Positions 58,384 to 64,000 of a DNA stretch of 64,000 nt are shown piece after piece (the first letter of the stretch is position 1; each line of letters starts with the position of its first letter). Origin of the DNA: an uncultured Clostridia bacterium. GTDB lineage: Bacteria; Bacillota; Clostridia; Christensenellales; UBA1242. Both the position numbers and the translations under genes were made by a program. The notes below the pieces were generated by a model. That model was not told the DNA's origin and searched no databases. It saw only the letters and a list, made by a program, of their open reading frames with translations. The stretch is taken from positions 48,948 to 112,947 of the forward strand of contig CALVNQ010000001.1 of the NCBI GenBank assembly GCA_944349895.1. The letters run 5' to 3'.

Positions 58384-58826
58384 GACTGTTTATTAAGTGC
58401 GCTTCTTTTTAATGTTTTTCTCAAAATAACTTTAAGCCCTCTTTCACCATTTTTTTCTAAATCCACACTATCCATAAAGCTCTCCATCACAGCAAAGCCC
58501 ATACCACTTCTTTCTTCATCAGGACGTGTGGTATAAAAAGGTTCACGGGCTTTATCAAAATCTTTAATACCAACTCCTTGGTCCATAATTGAAATAATGA
58601 CATCGTTATTTTCAAATTCCACTCTCATAACAATATCTCCATCGCTTTTAGGATAAGCATGAACAACAGAATTGGTAACAGCTTCAGAAACAGCAGTTTT
58701 AATATCGTTTATCTCATCTATTGAAGGGTTTAAAGGAAGACAAAAACTTGCCACACAAACCCTTGCAAAGCTTTCGTTGACTGATTCAGCCTTAAATTTA
58801 ACTTCCATAAAATTATTTCTTTTCAT
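58377..58826 (-). CDS. spoIIAB: anti-sigma F factor / serine kinase SpoIIAB
   Basis: Contains NESFARVCVASF...EAVTNSVVHAY and GMGF. I chose ATG 58826 by alignment logic with the Bacillus N-terminus and by SD spacing. Confidence 0.9.
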   Translation of the reverse strand: MKRNNFMEVKFKAESVNESFARVCVASFCLPLNPSIDEINDIKTAVSEAVTNSVVHAYPKSDGDIVMRVEFENNDVIISIMDQGVGIKDFDKAREPFYTTRPDEERSGMGFAVMESFMDSVDLEKNGERGLKVILRKTLKRSALNKQSC

Positions 58827-58847
58827 AAATTTTTTCACATCCCCTTT

Positions 58848-59156
58848 TTAAACTATTTTTGGCATCAAATCATAAAGTCCAGTCATTTTAAAAATTTTTT
58901 CTGCATGTGAAGAAGGATTGCAAATATAAATAGGAATTTGCCTATCTTTCATTTTTTTATATCTTCCTATAAGCACACCTATACCAGTGGAATCCATAAA
59001 TTCTAGCTCTGACAAATCAATTATAATTTGTTTAAAAATTCCACTTCCAAAAGCTTTATCCATTTCTTCTCTTACATAAGTAGCTGAATGTTCATCAAGT
59101 TCTCCACATAAAAGAACATACAAAGTTCCGTTATAAATTCTCGATTTTAATTTCAT
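58848..59156 (-). CDS. spoIIAA: anti-sigma F factor antagonist SpoIIAA (STAS)
   Basis: 102-aa STAS domain with the phosphorylatable DSTGIG motif. Confidence 0.9.
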   Translation of the reverse strand: MKLKSRIYNGTLYVLLCGELDEHSATYVREEMDKAFGSGIFKQIIIDLSELEFMDSTGIGVLIGRYKKMKDRQIPIYICNPSSHAEKIFKMTGLYDLMPKIV

Positions 59157-59249
59157 CTTTCCTCCTTCGCAATTTCATTTTAAAACTTATTTTGCTAAAA
59201 AAAACAACCACTTTTGTAGAAAAAATGGTTGTTTTGTCAAAGATAAAAA

Positions 59250-59283
59250 TTAAAAAAAAGTAAAAGTTATATTAACTTTTACT
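59250..59283 (-). terminator. intrinsic terminator after SDR gene
   Basis: Stem AGTAAAAGTT pairs with AACTTTTACT, followed by a T7 run on the minus strand. Confidence 0.75.
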
Positions 59284-59291
59284 TAACTTTA

Positions 59292-59999
59292 TTATACCGA
59301 TAATCCTCCACTAACTATGATATTTTCCCCAGTAATAAAGTCATTTTCCACTAAAAATAAAACTGACTTTACCACATCATCAGGTTTCCCAAGTCTGTTT
59401 ATTAAACTTTTTTTGGTCAATTCAATTTTCTCATCTAAGGAAAATTCACTATTCATTTTGGTTTCAATAAATCCTGGGCTTATAGAATTAACCCTTATTC
59501 CAAAAGAAGAATACTCCTTAGCCAAAGATTTTGTTAAACCTATGATCCCAGCTTTACTAGCAGAATAAACTGCCTCACAACTACAACCTTGGACACCAAG
59601 GAAAGAAGCGATATTGATTATACTCGCACCTTTGTTTAAAACCGAAAGACAATATTTATTTACATAAATTGTACCACATAGATTAACTTTAATTAAGTCA
59701 TCAATTTGTTGATCAGTTTGATCAGTTAAAAGCATTTCATCATAACTTTTCCCAGCACAACACACAACAAGATCTATTTTTTTATATTTAGATTTAATTA
59801 TATCAAAAAATTTTTTCACTTCAAGATTGTTACTAACATCAAATTTGTATTCTTCATAGTCGGTTTTAAATTTTTTGTTTGGAAAATTATTTTTATTCCC
59901 ACATAAAATAAGATTATAGCCCTTATTCGACAAAGAATAAGCTATAGCACTACCAATTTCTCCAGTTGCTCCGGTTATTAATGCAACTTTTCTTAACAT
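59292..59999 (-). CDS. short-chain dehydrogenase/reductase (FabG-like)
   Basis: Contains TGATGEIGSAIA and YSASKAG. ATG 59999 lies 10 nt after AGGAGG and overlaps the degV stop (ATGTTAA). Confidence 0.85.
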   Translation of the reverse strand: MLRKVALITGATGEIGSAIAYSLSNKGYNLILCGNKNNFPNKKFKTDYEEYKFDVSNNLEVKKFFDIIKSKYKKIDLVVCCAGKSYDEMLLTDQTDQQIDDLIKVNLCGTIYVNKYCLSVLNKGASIINIASFLGVQGCSCEAVYSASKAGIIGLTKSLAKEYSSFGIRVNSISPGFIETKMNSEFSLDEKIELTKKSLINRLGKPDDVVKSVLFLVENDFITGENIIVSGGLSV

Positions 60000-60814
60000 A
60001 TATAACAAACTCCTATCGCTGGTCCAATGTGAGAAGCTACAACTGGGCCTAACTCCCCTTCATAAATTTTTATGTCTGGGAAAGCCTCTTTCATTTTTTC
60101 GAATAATGCATCAAAATGTTTAGTATTTGCTATATGAATAGCAAACAATCTTTTAACTTTTTTAGGAACCATTGCAATAAGGTCAGTTATTGCTTTTGCA
60201 GACCCAAAAATCCTTTTTGCACATAAAAGGGTACCCTGCCTAAAAGTTAAAATAGGCTTGATTTGTAAAAGAGAACCAATTGTAGCACTAACTTTACCAA
60301 TTCTTCCACCTTTTTTAAGATATTCTAATGAATCAGGTACAAAACATATTTGACTGTTAACTTGCAAAGATTGAATATATTTTATAATTTCTTCTCTGTT
60401 CCAACCCTCTTTAACTTTGTCAATTACTTCCATACAATATCCCCAAATATTTTGGCCGGTAGACATTGAATCAATAACTGAAATTTTATCTGGATCCTTG
60501 CAATCATTTTTAGATAAATTTGCTACAGAATAAGTCCCAGAAAGAGAAGAAGAAATAGTAAACACAATCGCTTCATTTCCTGCGTCTATTATTTCGTTAT
60601 AAACTTTAATAAACTCTTCAGGCGATGGTTGCGAAGTTTTAGGAAAAATTTTAGTTTGAGTAAAACTTGCAAAAAAATCATCAAAAGTTCCCGGCAACCC
60701 TTCTTCAAACTCCTTATCTAGGTATAAAACTCGAAGTGGAACGACTTTAATGTCATTTTCTTCAACAAATTCTTTTGGTATATATGCAGTAGAATCAACA
60801 ATAAGTTTAATCAT
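59993..60814 (-). CDS. degV: DegV-family fatty-acid-binding protein
   Basis: I trimmed to ATG 60814 after GGAGG. Starts IKLIVDSTAYIP and has a DegV-like layout. Confidence 0.85.
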   Translation of the reverse strand: MIKLIVDSTAYIPKEFVEENDIKVVPLRVLYLDKEFEEGLPGTFDDFFASFTQTKIFPKTSQPSPEEFIKVYNEIIDAGNEAIVFTISSSLSGTYSVANLSKNDCKDPDKISVIDSMSTGQNIWGYCMEVIDKVKEGWNREEIIKYIQSLQVNSQICFVPDSLEYLKKGGRIGKVSATIGSLLQIKPILTFRQGTLLCAKRIFGSAKAITDLIAMVPKKVKRLFAIHIANTKHFDALFEKMKEAFPDIKIYEGELGPVVASHIGPAIGVCYIC

Positions 60815-60880
60815 AAGACCTCCACTATATTTACACTTTAACATATTTACTTTTTTTTTCAAAAGCTTTTAACGTTTAAT

Positions 60881-60909
60881 TTGACTTTTGTAATATTTTA
60901 TAATAAAAT
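60881..60909 (+). promoter_or_regulatory. sigma-A-type promoter of tRNA-Pro
   Basis: TTGACT (60881-60886), a 17-nt spacer, then TAAAAT (60904-60909). Confidence 0.55.
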
Positions 60910-60955
60910 TTCGATACAAAATATATTATGAATAAATATCGGCATTGAATCATTT

Positions 60956-61032
60956 CGGGGTGTAGCGCAGTTGGTAGCGCGCATGGTTCGGGACCATGAG
61001 GTCGCGAGTTCAAATCTCGCCACTCCGACCAA
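60956..61032 (+). tRNA. tRNA-Pro (anticodon CGG), CCA encoded
   Basis: I folded the cloverleaf by hand. The acceptor stem pairs CGGGGTG with CACTCCG. The anticodon loop TTCGGGA gives CGG. The T-arm is GAGTTCAAATCTC, and the 3' end is ACCA. Confidence 0.9.
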
Positions 61033-61056
61033 TATAGTTTTAAAAATCATTTAAAA

Positions 61057-61971
61057 TTATGCATAAAACAAACTAACTAGAACACCACTAACCACTCCCA
61101 TTATGTATAAAAGAAACATAATTGCTAAATTTTGCCAAATTTTATTTTTCCCCTTATTTTTCGAAAATAAAATAATTATGCCAACACCTGCGCCGACACA
61201 AAGGCCTGAAAACATTGCCGAAAAATTAATTCCACCATTTATAAACAATTCCACTAAAAATACTGAAGAAGCACAATTCGGTATTAACCCTATAAGACCT
61301 GCTAATAAAATTTGGACATATAAATTCCCGCCAAACCAATTCGTCATAGCTTCCATACCAACGGACTCAACAATTATATTAATCAAAAAAGTTGCAACAA
61401 AAATGTAAATTGCAATATTTAAAGAATGATAAAGAGCATCTAAAAAGATATTTTTTTCGTTGCAATGATTTTTAGAATCAAAATGACCATGACAAGAACA
61501 ATGGTCATGAATATGTTCTAAATCTTCTGCCAAAACTCGGCAAGCAAGCTCTTTCTTTTTTCTGTTAGCAAATATTTTTAAAACTAAATCGACAATATAC
61601 CCAAAAATTATAGCAAAAACAACTTTTAATCCTATAAGAATTAATAAATCAATAATAAAATTAGGGTTAGCAATTAAAATGGGTATAGCTTCGTCTGATG
61701 TAGCTATAAACACAGCAAATAATGTTCCCAATGTTATAGCTCTTCGAGAATACAAATCAGCCATGACAGAGGAAAAGCCACATTGTGGCACGCAACCCAA
61801 AAAAGCGCCCACACACGGTCCTGCGCTTTTTGTTTTATTCAAAAACTTAGTAAGATTTTTACTTTTGGAATGCGAAAAATATGCGACTAAAAGGTAAGCT
61901 AAATATAATATAGGAAAAACTTTCAGAGTATCAAGAGCGGCATCTGAAAGTGCAGTTAATAAAATTTGCAT
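61057..61971 (-). CDS. putative 10-TM heavy-metal exporter (ArsP_2/PF11449-like) with His/Cys-rich loop
   Basis: The PQCGFS and TSDEAIPIL blocks are typical of the family as I recall it. The central loop reads HIHDHCSCHGHFDSKNHC. Confidence 0.6.
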   Translation of the reverse strand: MQILLTALSDAALDTLKVFPILYLAYLLVAYFSHSKSKNLTKFLNKTKSAGPCVGAFLGCVPQCGFSSVMADLYSRRAITLGTLFAVFIATSDEAIPILIANPNFIIDLLILIGLKVVFAIIFGYIVDLVLKIFANRKKKELACRVLAEDLEHIHDHCSCHGHFDSKNHCNEKNIFLDALYHSLNIAIYIFVATFLINIIVESVGMEAMTNWFGGNLYVQILLAGLIGLIPNCASSVFLVELFINGGINFSAMFSGLCVGAGVGIIILFSKNKGKNKIWQNLAIMFLLYIMGVVSGVLVSLFYA

Positions 61972-61982
61972 AGTGCCTCAAA

Positions 61983-62921
61983 TTAATCTTCTTTTTTGGT
62001 TTTAGTTACGCTTTTCTTTTGTTTTTTTACTTGTAAAACCTCTTTTGAGTTATTGTTGGCGTTCTCCGACTCACTTGTGGCCATGCCTTCTGATTCTTCA
62101 TCCAAATTCAATTTCATCTGTTTTGTTTCGATTTTCTCTTGAGTGACAACAGTTTTCATCAATTCTTCTTTATTTTTTCTAAATTCTTCTTTCTTTTTTT
62201 CGCTTTGATCAGGGCTATATAAAATAAGCGCATTTGAACACATATGCTTAACGGCGCCTTCCATATTTGCAGAAATTAAGCTAGAACCTAACATTTCGTT
62301 AATTTCGCCTTTATTCATTGTTGAAACTTCTGCATCATCAGCTATTAATGAAATTTGGCCATTATTAATAGTTCCTATTCTTGAATTATTAAGAGAATAA
62401 GTTATTTTACCATTCATCATACTAACAAGTTCAGCAGTATCCTCTAAAGCAGTTATGTCCCCGTCTATTAAAGTAACTATTCTGGACTTTCCTCTTACAA
62501 ACATAATCTTTCCTTTTGTTACCGTTGCGAGCTCTGCCTTATCATCTAAAAAACGAATAAAGCCATTATTCATTGTCCCAATTTTAACTTTATCGGACAC
62601 ATAATCTATAACACAGTCATTTATAGTCGTAATTTTACATTTACCCGAAACAGATCCTATAAACCCACTTTTCATTAAACCTATTGTAGCTTTACCGTAC
62701 ATACTTTCAATAGAGCTTGAATCAAACATTTGAATAAAAGTTTTGCCACTAACCTCTTTAAAATGAGTGTTAATAGCTTCAAGAATTACAGCTTTACCCG
62801 AAACACTTACATTTTTGCATCCACTTAAAATATGAACACCCATTGAAAGATTAATGTTTTCTTCTTCATCGTGTATTGTTGGATCAACAATTTTTTCACT
62901 TCTAAATAATTTTAAAGACAT
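61983..62921 (-). CDS. hypothetical repeat protein (~11 x 17-18-residue beta-helix-like repeats, Lys/Glu-rich tail)
   Basis: The repeat units were read from the translation (e.g. KVKIGTMNNGFIRFLDD, KAELATVTKGKIMFVRG, KSRIVTLIDGDITALED). An 11-nt gap separates it from the downstream exporter gene. Confidence 0.75.
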   Translation of the reverse strand: MSLKLFRSEKIVDPTIHDEEENINLSMGVHILSGCKNVSVSGKAVILEAINTHFKEVSGKTFIQMFDSSSIESMYGKATIGLMKSGFIGSVSGKCKITTINDCVIDYVSDKVKIGTMNNGFIRFLDDKAELATVTKGKIMFVRGKSRIVTLIDGDITALEDTAELVSMMNGKITYSLNNSRIGTINNGQISLIADDAEVSTMNKGEINEMLGSSLISANMEGAVKHMCSNALILYSPDQSEKKKEEFRKNKEELMKTVVTQEKIETKQMKLNLDEESEGMATSESENANNNSKEVLQVKKQKKSVTKTKKED

Positions 62922-62988
62922 AATTCACCTCTTTATGAGAATTATATCATAACATTTAAAAAAAATAAAAACGTTTTGCTAATTTTGT

Positions 62989-63017
62989 TTGACTAATTTT
63001 AAAGCAAAGCATATACT
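62989..63017 (+). promoter_or_regulatory. sigma-A-type promoter positioned for leaderless ABC-exporter transcript
   Basis: TTGACT (62989-62994), a 17-nt spacer, then TATACT (63012-63017). The ATG follows 6 nt later and has no SD. Confidence 0.55.
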
Positions 63018-63023
63018 TATCAC

Positions 63024-64000
63024 ATGTCAAAAATTTTTAAATGTTTTTCGGTAAAAGAGTGGATAATTTTTGTGGTAATTTTAGGCTTTTTGGGGCTTAA
63101 TGCCTATTGCAATTTAACATTGCCTGAATTTATGGGAGCCATAATCGGAGATCTCCAAAAAGGTGCAATGATCGGAAATTTAAATTTATTTTGGAATGAT
63201 ATTTTAAAAAATGGTGGGTTAATGCTTCTTTTAGTCACTGGCGCTTTTTTGTCGACATTTATAGTAAGTTATCTAAGTGCATACATTTTCACATCAGTAA
63301 TGGCAAAAGTTAGGCGACTTGTTTTTGAAAAAGTCAACGATTTTTCAATGAATGAGATAAACAAATTTTCAATAGCATCATTAATTACAAGATCAACTAA
63401 TGATATAACCCAATTACAAATGGTTATGATAATGGTAACAAACATGGGGCTTACTGCTCCAATAATGGCAATAGTTGCGATAATAAAAATTGTCAATCTT
63501 TCTTACGATCTATCTATAGTAACAGCGCTATCGATTGTGGCATTACTTTTGCTTATATTAATTATGTTTATATTTGTTGTTCCGAAATTTAAAAAAGTGC
63601 AAACATTAACTGATAAGGTAAATTTAGTTACACGAGAGAATTTAACAGGCATAAAAGTGGTTAGAGCTAACAGCGCAGAAAAAATTCAAGAAGAAAAATT
63701 TAAAGAAGTGAACACAAAACTTACAAAGACAAATATCTTTATAAATAGAGTCGCAGGTATAATGAATCCTGGGATAACTTTAATTATGTCTGGCACTTCT
63801 CTTGCTTTGGTTTGGCTGGGTGCTTATTTAATTTCAAACGGCTCAGTAGGTTTTGAAACATTAACCGAATTTACTCAATATGCTATGCAAATAATTTTAG
63901 CTTTTATGATGGTATCCTTATTATTAATACTTGTGCCAAGAGGTATGGTTTCTGCACAAAGAATAAAGGAAGTAATAAAATCAGAATCCTCTATAAAAGA
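63024..64000 (+). CDS. ABC exporter, fused permease/ATPase type (N-terminal TMD only; partial, runs off window)
   Basis: I translated it by hand; it is not in the ORF track because no stop is reached. It shows the type I exporter six-helix TMD pattern (ITRSTNDITQLQ, NLTGIKVVRA). Confidence 0.8.
   Translation, partial: MSKIFKCFSVKEWIIFVVILGFLGLNAYCNLTLPEFMGAIIGDLQKGAMIGNLNLFWNDILKNGGLMLLLVTGAFLSTFIVSYLSAYIFTSVMAKVRRLVFEKVNDFSMNEINKFSIASLITRSTNDITQLQMVMIMVTNMGLTAPIMAIVAIIKIVNLSYDLSIVTALSIVALLLLILIMFIFVVPKFKKVQTLTDKVNLVTRENLTGIKVVRANSAEKIQEEKFKEVNTKLTKTNIFINRVAGIMNPGITLIMSGTSLALVWLGAYLISNGSVGFETLTEFTQYAMQIILAFMMVSLLLILVPRGMVSAQRIKEVIKSESSIK

Noticed and set aside
59157-59249. A sigma-H promoter for the spoIIA operon.
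   Set aside because: I looked for RnAGGAwWW-N11-12-RnnGAAT on the minus strand. Only a weak GAAAT near the SD is present, with no convincing -35, so I did not call it.

Overview
The window is a visibly AT-rich chromosomal core region of an endospore-forming Firmicute with Clostridia-like gene order. I did not compute GC content. About 70 genes are densely packed, and most have GGAGG-type Shine-Dalgarno (SD) sites.

Plus-strand half (1-35 kb):
- secF, then rpsB-tsf-frr-uppS-cdsA-rseP
- a 513-aa PolC-like gene with no polymerase module
- rimP-nusA-ylxR-L7Ae-infB-rbfA-nrnA-truB
- an endonuclease-IV-like gene, efp, and the full spoIIIAA-AH operon
- asp23-nusB-xseAB-proS
- the L20-leader-controlled infC-rpmI-rplT operon (infC starts at ATT)
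- trmH-like, yebC, ruvCAB, queA, tgt, rny

Second half (mainly minus strand):
- serS, argR-recN-spoIVB, nifS-thiI
- pheST behind a Phe (UUC) T-box leader
- yunB, spoVAC/AD/AE, spoIIAA-spoIIAB-sigF
- degV plus an SDR gene, tRNA-Pro(CGG), and a partial ABC exporter

I see no CRISPR array, prophage or obvious mobile island.

Most unusual items:
1. A 'mini-PolC' (PolC N-terminal domain + OB fold + DEDDh exonuclease, no PHP or polymerase module) sits exactly where polC normally lies.
2. A nucleoside-hydrolase-like/metallophosphoesterase fusion and an Asn/Tyr-rich lipoprotein are inserted between the spoIIA and spoVA operons.
3. A cluster downstream of serS encodes an orphan protein with a degenerate nucleotidyltransferase-like layout, then a membrane-anchored PadR regulator preceded by repeated operator-like 10-mers.
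4. A protein of 17-18-residue repeats is co-operonic with a His/Cys-loop ArsP_2-type exporter.
5. Several genes look leaderless, with identical promoter-to-ATG geometry.
6. There is a second candidate AUU start codon besides infC.
7. Genes are missing from otherwise conserved clusters (pyrH, dxr, ispG, polC, ribF-rpsO-pnp, folD-ispA-dxs, spo0A).

All coordinates for hairpins and promoters were derived by hand, and all homology statements rest on motif recognition rather than searches.
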